Positions 18,750 through 28,342 of a DNA stretch of 64,000 bases are shown piece by piece. A model generated the notes under the pieces. It saw only the letters and a list, made by a program, of their open reading frames with translations, was not told the DNA's origin and did no database searches. This stretch comes from an uncultured delta proteobacterium (GTDB lineage: Bacteria; Desulfobacterota; Desulfuromonadia; Geobacterales; Pseudopelobacteraceae), in the NCBI GenBank assembly GCA_963772835.1, contig CAVYYZ010000002.1:448001-512000 (forward strand), read 5' to 3'. The translations under genes were made by a program, and so were the position numbers. Each line of letters starts with the position of its first letter. Position 1 is the stretch's first letter.

Positions 18750-19460
18750 CTACTGCTGCAGCTTGAGAATCAGAATCCTCTGACAATGAGGACAGGCCAG
18801 CAACTCCTCATACTTGTACAGATTGTTATACAACTGCGGCGGCAGATGCATATTGCATCCCATACAATAGCCGTCACGTGCAACAGCAAGAGCCAGACCG
18901 CGGCGCTGTTCGCGGAGTATGGTAAACTTCTTCACCAGACTGGCGGGCAACCCTTTGGTCACGCTTTCCCGGCGCTCAACATCCGCATCTATATCCGCCT
19001 GGACCTTATCAATTTCGGACTGTTTCGCCAGGACCCGCTGAGCTGAATTCTCGGCAAGCTCGTCACACTGGATCTTTTTAGCCGCAAGCGCGCCGGAAAG
19101 TTCTTCTATCTGACTGATCTTCTGCAGCAGTTGATCCTCAAGATCAGTTACCTGTTTACGGGCAGCGGTAATTTCACGACCCACCGCCTGAAACTCTTTA
19201 TTGGTCTTGATTTCTTTCATATTCGTTTCGGACCTGACGATGTTCTCCAACTCCGCTGCGTGAGTAGCCTCAAGACCACTCTTTTCCATCTCCAGTTGAG
19301 TCAGGCCGGCTTCAAGGCCGACAACCTCTTCCCGGACAGCATCCACACCCTGATTAATTCCACTTAGTTCAGCCTGTAATCCGCTCTGAGCGGCCTTAAG
19401 AGCATCGATCTGCTGATCGACCTCCTGCAACTCTTCCAGCATGTCCAGTTTCTTTTTCAA
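18750..19460 (-). CDS. Coiled-coil protein with C4 zinc ribbon (DUF164-type)
   Basis: Long coiled coil, CMGC...CPHCQRIL; TTG start with AGGGGA RBS; typical position between nif3 and rnpB. Confidence 0.88.
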   Translation of the reverse strand: MKKKLDMLEELQEVDQQIDALKAAQSGLQAELSGINQGVDAVREEVVGLEAGLTQLEMEKSGLEATHAAELENIVRSETNMKEIKTNKEFQAVGREITAARKQVTDLEDQLLQKISQIEELSGALAAKKIQCDELAENSAQRVLAKQSEIDKVQADIDADVERRESVTKGLPASLVKKFTILREQRRGLALAVARDGYCMGCNMHLPPQLYNNLYKYEELLACPHCQRILILKLQQ

Positions 19461-19502
19461 ATTAATTCCCCTTTGCAGCAAATTAGTACTGATTATTCCC
19501 GG

Positions 19503-20621
19503 CTATATTCGAAACGGATCCGTTTCCGTTCGGCACGATTCTATATGACAATCCGCATATCCAGCGGCACTAAGCGCGAGACCCAGTCGTTCCGTTATTT
19601 CATGCACCATGATTATTTCCGTAGGGAAATGGCCGGCATCGATCAGAGTCAGACCAAGATCCTCTGCGTCACGCGCTTCGTGATATTTTATATCGCCGGT
19701 CACCAGCACGTCTGCTCCCGATCGGGCTGCATCGCGCAGCAGAGATGCTCCGCTGCCACTGCAGAGCGCCACCTTTGAAATCCTGGCGGACGGGTCACCC
19801 ACATAACGCAGCGCTGGAGACGAAAGGATTTCTCTAAGCCGGGCGGCGTACACCCCAAGCGAAGTCGCTTCCGGTAGACGTCCGATTCTACCGAGCCCAA
19901 GCGTCTCACCCTCATTCAGCAGGTGGTAGACATCAAAGGCAGGAGACTCGTAAGGATGCACAGCCAACAACGCCTTCACGGCTCGCGGCAACTCTGTGCG
20001 CTGTATCAGAAGTTCCAGTCGTTCTTCATCCACTGCAGCCTGTATCCCGACCGACCCTGCAAACGGCACCGCTCCGTCAAGCGGAGTAAATGTCCCGACA
20101 CCGCCGGCGGTAAAGGAACAATCCTGATACTTCCCCTGAGATGCTGTGAAGGGTAACAGAACAGACCGCACCTTCTCAATATGGTCAACCGGGACGAACA
20201 CAACAAGTTTAACCAGTTCGCGGGTTGTCGTCACTTTGAGCGGAACAGAGCTGGAAAGGCCTATTTTACCGGCGAGCAGATCATTAAGTCCACCCGTGGC
20301 AATGTCATAGTTGGTATGCAGAGAAACGATCGACAGCCCCCCTCTAATTGCCTTTTGTATGGAGGCGCCGTGCGGGTTTCCTGCTGAAATAGACATGAGT
20401 GGCTTGAAAATAAGGGGGTGGTGGGTGACGAGCAACTGGCAGGAAGCTTTGATTGCGGAATCAATCACATCGGGTGTTGGATCAAGGGCAACCCAGATAC
20501 TGTTCACTTCTGCAGAAGGGTCACCGATCTGAAGACCAGGATTGTCCCACGCTTCCGCCAATTGCACCGGAGCTATTTTGTTAATGATTCCAACTATGTC
20601 TGCCGTTTTAGGAATTTTCAT
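19503..20621 (-). CDS. Nif3-like dinuclear metal center protein (YqfO type with PII-like insert)
   Basis: WDNPGL, THHPLIF, HTNYD, HPYE, TGDIKYH, DAGHF. Confidence 0.92.
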   Translation of the reverse strand: MKIPKTADIVGIINKIAPVQLAEAWDNPGLQIGDPSAEVNSIWVALDPTPDVIDSAIKASCQLLVTHHPLIFKPLMSISAGNPHGASIQKAIRGGLSIVSLHTNYDIATGGLNDLLAGKIGLSSSVPLKVTTTRELVKLVVFVPVDHIEKVRSVLLPFTASQGKYQDCSFTAGGVGTFTPLDGAVPFAGSVGIQAAVDEERLELLIQRTELPRAVKALLAVHPYESPAFDVYHLLNEGETLGLGRIGRLPEATSLGVYAARLREILSSPALRYVGDPSARISKVALCSGSGASLLRDAARSGADVLVTGDIKYHEARDAEDLGLTLIDAGHFPTEIIMVHEITERLGLALSAAGYADCHIESCRTETDPFRI

Positions 20622-20632
20622 CGGTGGAAATT

Positions 20633-20664
20633 AAAAAGAGTGCAACCTTGCGGTGTGCACTCTC
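20633..20664 (-). terminator. Terminator-like hairpin downstream of tRNA-Ile2
   Basis: Minus: GAGAGTGCA...TGCACTCTTTTT. Confidence 0.65.
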
Positions 20665-20737
20665 GTGATGAGGTATGATAACGGGGCGTTCCCAAATATC
20701 TGGCCGGCATCCGGCGTTTATCCCTCGATGTATGAAA

Positions 20738-20814
20738 TGGTGGGCCCACCAGGACTCGAACCTGGGACCAACCGGTTATGAGCCGGTGGCTCTAGCCAAC
20801 TGAGCTATAGGCCC
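20738..20814 (-). tRNA. tRNA with CAU anticodon, probably Ile2 (lysidine-modified)
   Basis: GGGCCTATAGCTCAGTTGG...CTCATAA...GGTTCGAGTCC...GGGCCCACCA; acceptor stem resembles tRNA-Ile(GAU) at 51247. Confidence 0.9.
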
Positions 20815-20827
20815 GTAGGGGAGTTGC

Positions 20828-20856
20828 ATAATAGAGGAGGCGCACACCCCTGTCAA
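20828..20856 (-). promoter_or_regulatory. sigma70 promoter of tRNA-Ile2
   Basis: Minus: TTGACA-17 nt-TATTAT, ending 13 nt before the tRNA. Confidence 0.75.
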
Positions 20857-20870
20857 GTAATTTTCAGCAG

Positions 20871-21434
20871 TTATGCCCGGGAGAGAAAGCGACTGTCCCG
20901 GGTATCAACTTTCACTTTTTCGCCGGATTCAAGATACGGAGGCACCCTTATCTTCAATCCGGTCTCCAGGATAGCCTCTTTTGTTTCGGCCGTTGCGGTA
21001 GCGTTTTTCATGACCGGCGGCGTTTCCGTCACCGTCAGTTCAACCGTCATCGGCAAATCAACGTTTACCATGCGCCCTTCAAACAACCCCAAAACGACTT
21101 CCGTACCGTCAAGCAGAAACATCGAAAGCGGTTCAAACTCTTCAGCCGGCATCTCGAACTGTTCATAATTTTCAAGATCCATAAAGACCCCGTTACCGCC
21201 ATCGGCGTACAGGAACTGCCCTTTATGGCGTTCGAAATCGGCCTCATCCACCTTGTCGCCCGAGCGGAACGTTTTCTCCAATACCTGACCGGTGATCAGG
21301 TTGCGGTATTTGGTCTTTACCATTGTGTTGGCACCACGCGCTGTGGGAGAGCTGATGTTGATATCGGTGATCAGGCAGGGTGCGCCGTCCAACTGGATGA
21401 CGAGCCCTTTTTTAAAGTCGGACGTAGAAAACAT
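20871..21434 (-). CDS. efpL: EF-P paralog of EfpL/YeiP type
   Basis: EF-P fold motifs (FMDLENYEQ, LETG..VP) with loop SPTARGA instead of KPGKG. Confidence 0.8.
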   Translation of the reverse strand: MFSTSDFKKGLVIQLDGAPCLITDINISSPTARGANTMVKTKYRNLITGQVLEKTFRSGDKVDEADFERHKGQFLYADGGNGVFMDLENYEQFEMPAEEFEPLSMFLLDGTEVVLGLFEGRMVNVDLPMTVELTVTETPPVMKNATATAETKEAILETGLKIRVPPYLESGEKVKVDTRDSRFLSRA

Positions 21435-21538
21435 GCTGATAATTCTCCTTATTTATTTGAATCTTTATAAATTAAAAATCGATCAATTAAACAGGGATGA
21501 AGGGGATACAGGGGATAAAAACATTTTTTTGAGTTCTG

Positions 21539-21970
21539 CTATTTCTTCCGATATTCTGCCGTCGGCCAGAACGGAATGCCTCCACGCGGTGTAAACTCGC
21601 CTCGCACCGTCAGTCGGATCGGATCAAGCAGCGTTACCAGATCGTTGCAGATACGGTTGACTCCTGCTTCGTGAAATTCGCCATGCATCCGGAACGAGCC
21701 AAGATACAGCTTCAAACTCTTGCTCTCGACACAAAGCAGGTCCGGCTGATAATCAATGACAATTTTCCCGAAATCAGGCTGGCCGGTCATCGGGCAGAGG
21801 CAGGTAAATTCTGGGCATTCAATATGCAAAGTCCCGACAGCACCGGCCGGGTTTAACTCTACGCGCGAAAAAGGGCTTGGAAACGCTTCCAGCAACCCGG
21901 AATCCGGTCTGTCATAATTATAGGTGGTGGCACCGGAGCCGAGGGATTTCAGTTGATCGTGCAATTTCAT
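21539..21970 (-). CDS. queF: NADPH-dependent preQ0 reductase (short type I)
   Basis: EFTCLCPMTGQPDF, ESKSLKLYL, FHE, PRGG. Confidence 0.95.
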   Translation of the reverse strand: MKLHDQLKSLGSGATTYNYDRPDSGLLEAFPSPFSRVELNPAGAVGTLHIECPEFTCLCPMTGQPDFGKIVIDYQPDLLCVESKSLKLYLGSFRMHGEFHEAGVNRICNDLVTLLDPIRLTVRGEFTPRGGIPFWPTAEYRKK

Positions 21971-22215
21971 TCAGTCACTTCCCGGGTAATATTTACAGCA
22001 AAGACGATGATAACATGCCAACGACGTGAACAGCGGACAATCGTTCTCATGCACAGTCACCACCCACAGGGAGTAACCAGCGCAACTTCGACTGTCTCAA
22101 CGGGGAATTTGCCGATGACAACTGGAGGGGCAAGGCTAATCCGGACATGGTGACAGCGGGAGTTCCCGTGTTAATTCAGCTTATCCGCATTTCAGCCCCA
22201 CCAGTGATTGACCCG

Positions 22216-22461
22216 CTATATCCAGGCATCGCCGCCATCGTACTCGTATTCAGCTCCTTTGGTTCTGGGGGTGACTTTGAACTTGGCTTCGCGGGCAAGC
22301 CGCCTCATGCGCTCGGCAGCGGTTTCACTCAGGCCGGTAAGCTTACCGCGCATTTCGCGGCCCGGCGCGGGGGCGAGCAGCAGGGCGGCGGCGACACCGA
22401 TTACGGCACCGGAAACAAAGGCTATTACAGCAGCAGCGGCACTATCATTGTTGGTTGACAT
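22216..22461 (-). CDS. YtxH-domain protein
   Basis: FVSGAVIGVAAALLLAP..GREMR; AGGAG RBS. Confidence 0.8.
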   Translation of the reverse strand: MSTNNDSAAAAVIAFVSGAVIGVAAALLLAPAPGREMRGKLTGLSETAAERMRRLAREAKFKVTPRTKGAEYEYDGGDAWI

Positions 22462-22550
22462 GTCAGACTCCTTTTACTAGTGGCATCGAAATTAAATCTG
22501 AAGGCAGTTCCGTTTCTAGCACAACAACTGACCGATATAAAAGTAAAATG

Positions 22551-25526
22551 TTACAGCACCCTGGCCAGATGGCGACGGATCATATCTTCAAAATCGGCAT
22601 CACTGTTTCCACTGTAGATAAGCGATGAGCCTATCTCAGCCGCCAGAATCGCACAAAGATATTTTTGCGGGAGCCTACTGACTCTCTGCCGGTACAAGGC
22701 TGTTTCACGCAGCATGCGCGGCAGGTGACTCATGACAGCCTCACGGAAGGGGGGGGTCAGACAAAGCTCTGGCCTGAGCGAGAAGAAGTCAAAGAGCCTC
22801 GTGTAAAGGTTATTTATGTTATGGCTGATAGTTTCGGAAATTTCACTATAAAGCTGGGTTCCATCAGCTTCTTTATGACGCTGAATGATCAAACGCGCCT
22901 CGTCGGCTGCCCGTTTCTCCAGAATAGCCAGGACATCACCGGCATAACGCTCCTTATGTTCCATAAATTCTCGTTCGGATAACAGCAGGTTGGCAATAAT
23001 CTCGTACGATGAGGAGATTACTCCGCATTTGTTGGCAGAGGCGTCGCGCATCAGCGTAACACCACTCTCCTGTAGCCTGATCCGGGCTTCAGGGGTGATG
23101 AAGGAGTTGGCACCTTCTATGATGACCCCTGAAGAAGGAACTCCACTCTCACCAAGAAACAACTGCCAGTTCTGAGCATCAATTGTCTCCGGTCGCCCCC
23201 CGGCCGGAATGAACAAATCTGCCTGGACGGTAAAAACAAGGCTGTTGTAAAGGCGATTGAAGTCATCTATATCCAGCCACTCCTCAACAAGTCCTTCAGC
23301 AGTACGCATGACCTTCCGATGCGATTCCTTCAGCCCTTCCATGCGCCGGCCGGTCCGGTAAATAATATAGCCATCCATTCCCAGAAAAAATGGATTAAAG
23401 GCGTCAAGGTCTGACACGAGCGCTATGCGACGTAATTCGTCGTGACGAATGCCGTTCGGATCATAGAGAGCAGCTGTTCCGTCCAAAATCAGGCGGGCTT
23501 GCATTCCGGGGCACCGTTCAAGCATGATTCGCAGACAATTGCCTGCGACGTCACCATTTGGCCCCCCGGTCATCTTGAGTGAAAACGGATCCCGACGGAT
23601 GTTGATTCCTGCCGCTTCAGCCATCGTAATTTCAGCAAAAGTAACCACACCGGTCGAAGTAACACCGTATTCTTTGTGGTTGATTCCAAAACGCTTGCTG
23701 GACATGATGCCGACACCCAGGATATAGCCCCGTTTTTTTGACAGAGATGCTATCGCCTCGATCATGCCGTCGTGCATGTTCTCATCAGGACCGATTTCGA
23801 TCGGTTCGTCATCGCGGTAGTAGTCGACAACACGACGGTCTCTGGCTATTCCGTTTTCGGTGATAAAAATATCGAGAAAAGCGTTTGCGATGCCATATTG
23901 AAGCTTGTAGAGGCGGAAGTTTTCCGCTTCACTCCCTGCCTGTTCCATATCAGAGGCATCCAGCACGACCGCCAGCTTTGAGCCCCCCTCATATATGTCC
24001 TTGTTCTTCAACTGCTGGGTATGTGCAAGAACATATACTTCGCGAAAGATGGTGTTGGCCGAGGTTATAAAGTCATCGGCGCTGCGGGCTATTACAGTGC
24101 GCCAGCCACCGCGGGCAATATCCGAAAAGCCGACATGATAACCGGCGCCGAAACGGCTGAAAAAAAACGTAACCCGGAAGGGGAGCGTTTCCGGGAGGTC
24201 TGCGGTAAATTCACGTCCCAAAAGCCGCAGATACCCCGGATCGAGCCGGAAAGCCAGCGCCTGTTTTTCGGCCACGAAAAAGTTCGTTTTGAGGGTATGG
24301 GTGATCAGCAACAGGCAGCAGCGATAGACTGCCCGGCGGATATCATCCAGCCAGCGATGACCGGTGTTGTACCCTTCAACAGCAGCCTGCACTTCGGCCA
24401 GTGCCACAGAGTAAAACGTTTCCCGATCAGCACGCCCAGGATCAAAGCGCAATCGAAAAAGTCGTATAAGAAGCTGAGCCATTTCCGGATGATCATAAAA
24501 TGCACTCTGAACATCCTCAAGCCCGAAACGCTCCGGTTGACCATGTGCCAGACTGGTGTGACAGAAAGAAATGCACGCATTGACCAAAGCAGCATCTTCA
24601 CCGGAGAGGAGTCCTTCAACAACGTACTGGTGGTAGACTTCGGATGAAGTGGACAGTATTTGAGTCGTGCATAATTCGCGCCTCAGATTGTCAGCAAGGG
24701 GGCTATCGGGTGAGATATCCTCTCCCTTCCGGCTGATAACGAGAAAAGAGCCGAGGAAGTAAGGATGAACCCCGTTCGAAATCAGCAGGCAATAGGCCCG
24801 GCGGATGCCAACATCAAGACGATTAAAGACCTCAAGCAGCTGCAGCAGGAAATCTTTCTGCGGCGGGTTACCGACCCCAAACAGGACCCTGGTTTCCGTG
24901 CGTCCGTCACGCTCTACCTGACTGATATTTAGAAACAGCCCGCCCGCTGAGTTAGTACAGTCAAACAGCCAGACGAGGTAGGCGGTCCGTGAGGGTGGCG
25001 ACATCCGGATATAGTTTTCATTATTCAGCCAGAGAATTTTCAGCAGCCTGTCGAGCTTTTTCAAGTCAAAGTCAGGGAAAGACGAGCGGAGTTCTGCGCG
25101 CACCTTTTTCACCAGTGCTGCCGGGATATCAAGCTCGCGAGTGAGGTCGATATCCTTATTGTGGCGGCGGTCAAATTCAAAGCGCTGCACCTCCAGCTCA
25201 TGCTCGATTCCCGGCATATCTGCGTTGGAGTGGGAAAACATGGCATAGGATATCTCGCGTTCGCCTAATTTGCGCAGAGTACCATAGAGGGAGCCGGGAC
25301 GGTTGCCACAGGCAACGACAAGCTGCTTTTCCTGATCGGCGAGAATGAGATGCCGATTGTGTTGCAGGCAACCCATCTCTCTGGCCAACAGTGCCAATGC
25401 ATCCTCTTCATCTGCCATTGCCTGAAAGAAGTAGGAACTCATATGCTCCTGAATCCAGATGGCGTTTTTCTCAGCGGCGATTCGGGAAGCTTGGGCGTTG
25501 CGACGAACCAGTGAAGTCAGGTGCAT
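22551..25526 (-). CDS. Large NAD-specific glutamate dehydrogenase family protein
   Basis: DIARGGWR, KNKDIYEGGSK, GPDEN, TGGPNGDVAGN, PAGGRP, EGAN, ANKCGVISSSYE; GGGGAG RBS before ATG 25526. Confidence 0.85.
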   Translation of the reverse strand: MHLTSLVRRNAQASRIAAEKNAIWIQEHMSSYFFQAMADEEDALALLAREMGCLQHNRHLILADQEKQLVVACGNRPGSLYGTLRKLGEREISYAMFSHSNADMPGIEHELEVQRFEFDRRHNKDIDLTRELDIPAALVKKVRAELRSSFPDFDLKKLDRLLKILWLNNENYIRMSPPSRTAYLVWLFDCTNSAGGLFLNISQVERDGRTETRVLFGVGNPPQKDFLLQLLEVFNRLDVGIRRAYCLLISNGVHPYFLGSFLVISRKGEDISPDSPLADNLRRELCTTQILSTSSEVYHQYVVEGLLSGEDAALVNACISFCHTSLAHGQPERFGLEDVQSAFYDHPEMAQLLIRLFRLRFDPGRADRETFYSVALAEVQAAVEGYNTGHRWLDDIRRAVYRCCLLLITHTLKTNFFVAEKQALAFRLDPGYLRLLGREFTADLPETLPFRVTFFFSRFGAGYHVGFSDIARGGWRTVIARSADDFITSANTIFREVYVLAHTQQLKNKDIYEGGSKLAVVLDASDMEQAGSEAENFRLYKLQYGIANAFLDIFITENGIARDRRVVDYYRDDEPIEIGPDENMHDGMIEAIASLSKKRGYILGVGIMSSKRFGINHKEYGVTSTGVVTFAEITMAEAAGINIRRDPFSLKMTGGPNGDVAGNCLRIMLERCPGMQARLILDGTAALYDPNGIRHDELRRIALVSDLDAFNPFFLGMDGYIIYRTGRRMEGLKESHRKVMRTAEGLVEEWLDIDDFNRLYNSLVFTVQADLFIPAGGRPETIDAQNWQLFLGESGVPSSGVIIEGANSFITPEARIRLQESGVTLMRDASANKCGVISSSYEIIANLLLSEREFMEHKERYAGDVLAILEKRAADEARLIIQRHKEADGTQLYSEISETISHNINNLYTRLFDFFSLRPELCLTPPFREAVMSHLPRMLRETALYRQRVSRLPQKYLCAILAAEIGSSLIYSGNSDADFEDMIRRHLARVL

Positions 25527-25654
25527 GTTGAGTTCTCCCCTGAAAAGATTTCCATATCGCGGATTATAAGCCATATTACGCTTTCAGCAAGTTTTAACTT
25601 TCGATTTTTCTTTCATATCAATTTTACTTTCAGTAAAATCAACCAAAGCTTTTC

Positions 25655-25683
25655 TTGACCGTATACCGTTGAATTGCTATAGT
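25655..25683 (+). promoter_or_regulatory. sigma70 promoter of the crotonase-cobO-mutase operon
   Basis: TTGACC-17 nt-TATAGT with extended TG. Confidence 0.65.
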
Positions 25684-25725
25684 CGCGCCGCGTTTTTTTA
25701 TTCCACCTGAAAACAGGGTTAAACG

Positions 25726-26493
25726 GTGCCAGACAGAGCATTTACAATTCAGCAGACGAAAAACGGCATTGCCAAAATGACAATTACCGGCAACGGTTCC
25801 GTCTCTGCCGCAGATCTTCTGGAATTACTCAAACGCCAGACAGCCACACTGGCCGGCAACCATGAGATAAAAGGGCTGCTTGTTACCGGCTCGGATGGCG
25901 GCTTCTGCCAATGCCTGCGAGAACCTCGAGCTTCAGCTCAGAAAGCTGCCGCGCTGTCAGGCTTTGGCCAGCAGGTTATGTTCGGCCTTGAAAAAATCGG
26001 TAAGCCCTGTATTGCTGCCATCGAGGGAGAATGCTCTGGATTAGGACTGGAATTTGCTCTTTCATGCGATTTTATAGTGGCATCACGGAGTGCATGTTTT
26101 GGTTTTCCCGACATCGCTGAAGGCTTGATTCCCTACTGCGGAGGCACACAGCGACTCGCACGACTGGTAGGAAAATCAAAAGCAAAAGAGATGCTCTACA
26201 GCGGAGACCTGATCTGCGCCGAGGAAGCATACCGGATTGGCCTGATAAACCGTCTTTATTCAACCGGAGAGGCTCTGTCAAAAGCAGAGGAGCTGCTCGA
26301 ACTCATCTGCACCCGCAGCCCACATGCAATCCGCATAGGTGGCGAGGTGGTCAATGCCGGCTACGACATCGACCTGCAGACCGCGTGCCTGTTGGAGCGG
26401 GATGCCTTTGCACTCTGTTTTTCCAGTTTCGACCAGAAGGAAGGCATGCGGGCTTTTCTGGACAAAAACCACCCGCAGTTCAAAGGGGAATGA
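25726..26493 (+). CDS. Enoyl-CoA hydratase/isomerase family protein (divergent)
   Basis: KPCIAAIEG..GLGLEFALSCD, GGTQRLARLVG, DQKEGMRAF. Confidence 0.8.
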   Translation: MPDRAFTIQQTKNGIAKMTITGNGSVSAADLLELLKRQTATLAGNHEIKGLLVTGSDGGFCQCLREPRASAQKAAALSGFGQQVMFGLEKIGKPCIAAIEGECSGLGLEFALSCDFIVASRSACFGFPDIAEGLIPYCGGTQRLARLVGKSKAKEMLYSGDLICAEEAYRIGLINRLYSTGEALSKAEELLELICTRSPHAIRIGGEVVNAGYDIDLQTACLLERDAFALCFSSFDQKEGMRAFLDKNHPQFKGE

Positions 26494-26495
26494 AC

Positions 26496-27023
26496 ATGTC
26501 CATCGAACATGGCTGCGTTCAGGTATATACCGGCAACGGCAAGGGCAAAACTACCGCAGCGCTCGGACTCGCGCTACGGGCGGTCGGCCGGGGTCTCAAC
26601 GTCTGCGTATACCAGTTCATCAAAGGGGGGGGGCGCTACGGCGAGCACCTGGCCGCCGAAAAGCTGGCACCTCTGCTGACGATTATCCAGACCGGCAGAC
26701 CGGGGTGGGTAAACACCAAAGATATCACCGAAGACCGACGTGTTGCGCAGGAAGCGCTTGCCAAAGCGGAAAAACTATTGGTATCGGGCGAATTCGACAT
26801 TTTTATCTGCGACGAAATTAACGGCGCCGTCGGCTTCGGTCTGATTGACGTTGAACAGGTGTTGGAGCTGATCCGCGTAAAACCGGAAAAAACAGAACTG
26901 GTTTTGACCGGACGCAACGCTCACCAGCAGGTGATCGACATCGCCGATCTGGTAACCGAAATGCGGGAGATAAAGCATTACTACAAGGCAGGAGTTCCGG
27001 CACGCACCGGCATAGAAATGTAG
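26496..27023 (+). CDS. cobO: ATP:corrinoid adenosyltransferase (CobA/CobO/BtuR)
   Basis: YTGNGKGKTTAA, QFIKG, DEI, LTGR, ADLVTEM..KH. Confidence 0.93.
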   Translation: MSIEHGCVQVYTGNGKGKTTAALGLALRAVGRGLNVCVYQFIKGGGRYGEHLAAEKLAPLLTIIQTGRPGWVNTKDITEDRRVAQEALAKAEKLLVSGEFDIFICDEINGAVGFGLIDVEQVLELIRVKPEKTELVLTGRNAHQQVIDIADLVTEMREIKHYYKAGVPARTGIEM

Positions 27024-27077
27024 GTCAGTCACAATGAACGTAATTCAAACCAACTAACATACCGGAGGTAATGTACC

Positions 27078-27482
27078 ATGGCTGAAAGGATTCTACGCGT
27101 ACTCGTCGGAAAACCAGGGCTGGACGGCCACGATCGGGGTGCAAAAATAATTGCCCGTGCCTTTCGTGACGCGGGTTTTGAGGTTATCTACACCGGTCTG
27201 CACCAGACTCCGGAACAGATCGTTTCGGCCGCTATCCAGGAGGATGTTGACTGCGTCGGGCTTTCAATTCTGTCAGGTGCCCATAACACTTTACTCCCTA
27301 AGATTACGCAGCTCTTCAGGGAAAAGGGGGCTGAAGACATAAAGGTTTTCGGGGGAGGGGTCATACCTGAAGACGATATTCCCGGACTGAAGGCGGCCGG
27401 AATCTGCGAAGTATTTACTCCCGGTACTTCAACGGAAGATATCGTCGCCTGGGTGAGAAACAATGTTCAACCCAGGGCCTGA
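27078..27482 (+). CDS. Acyl-CoA mutase B12-binding small subunit
   Basis: [10 protein letters not shown] (DxHxxG), SILSGAH, GGGVIP, FTPG. Confidence 0.93.
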   Translation: MAERILRVLVGKPGLDGHDRGAKIIARAFRDAGFEVIYTGLHQTPEQIVSAAIQEDVDCVGLSILSGAHNTLLPKITQLFREKGAEDIKVFGGGVIPEDDIPGLKAAGICEVFTPGTSTEDIVAWVRNNVQPRA

Positions 27483-28219
27483 TGCCCTATAAAAAACTCC
27501 GCATAGAATGCGTGAACCGGGTCGGGTATATCCTGCTCGCATCCGGTTCACGATTCAACAAGTTATCCATCACCACCATTAGGGAACTGAAACGCGCTTT
27601 CTCACAGCTCGAGGAAGATGCTTCGGCGCATGTGATTGTTCTCAGCGGTTATCCGGGTGAGTCTTTTGCCGTCGGGGCAGATATCGGGCAGATGGTGCAT
27701 TTCTCTCCACATGACGCCTTTCACTTTGCCGAACTTGGGCAATCCCTGTTCAACCAGATAGAGTCCTGTACAAAACCGGTTATCGGGGCTCTGAACGGCA
27801 TCACCATGGGAGGGGGCTGCGATCTGGCCATGTCATGTGACATCCGCTTTGCAGCAGAGGGGTTGCGCGTCGGACACACCGGGGCAAAGCTCGGCATCAT
27901 CACCGGATTTTGCGGGACCCACAAACTGCCCCGTATCGTCGGCAAAAATTACGCCCGGGAAATTTTTATGACTTCGGATATTTACGGCGCGGCAGAGGCA
28001 CTGCAGATGGGGCTGGTTGACCGGGTAAGTGTCGAAAACGAATTCTGGCCGGAGGTTATAACTTTTGCCGAAAGGATCGCCGGCCATCCCCGGACCGCAC
28101 TATACGCGGCAAAACGGCTCGTCAACGCCGCCGAAGACACCGACCTGCGCAGCGGCTGTCTGCTGGAACGGGAAACATCAACGCATATCAATTCAATTAC
28201 CGATTACAGCGGATACTGA
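27482..28219 (+). CDS. Enoyl-CoA hydratase/isomerase family protein (divergent)
   Basis: FAVGADI, KPVIGALNG..MGGGCDLAMSCDIR. Confidence 0.85.
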   Translation: MPYKKLRIECVNRVGYILLASGSRFNKLSITTIRELKRAFSQLEEDASAHVIVLSGYPGESFAVGADIGQMVHFSPHDAFHFAELGQSLFNQIESCTKPVIGALNGITMGGGCDLAMSCDIRFAAEGLRVGHTGAKLGIITGFCGTHKLPRIVGKNYAREIFMTSDIYGAAEALQMGLVDRVSVENEFWPEVITFAERIAGHPRTALYAAKRLVNAAEDTDLRSGCLLERETSTHINSITDYSGY

Positions 28220-28342
28220 CGGGACTCCGGCTGATCCTGCATTTTTTCACTCATCCATACAACGTTTTTTCGCGGGCAGGAACCCTCACCAATTTGATCT
28301 GTTGAATGCTTCTGTAATTTCACATACACACACCATAAACCG

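Noticed and set aside
18310..18783. Plus-strand ORFs over rnpB
   Set aside because: Antisense to RNase P RNA
20738..20814. tRNA-Met call, or a tRNA-anchored integrated element
   Set aside because: Acceptor stem is Ile-like; no integrase or duplicated 3' att site seen
21971..22215. preQ1 or GEMM-I riboswitch upstream of queF
   Set aside because: I could not match the consensus motifs by eye; an Infernal scan would settle it
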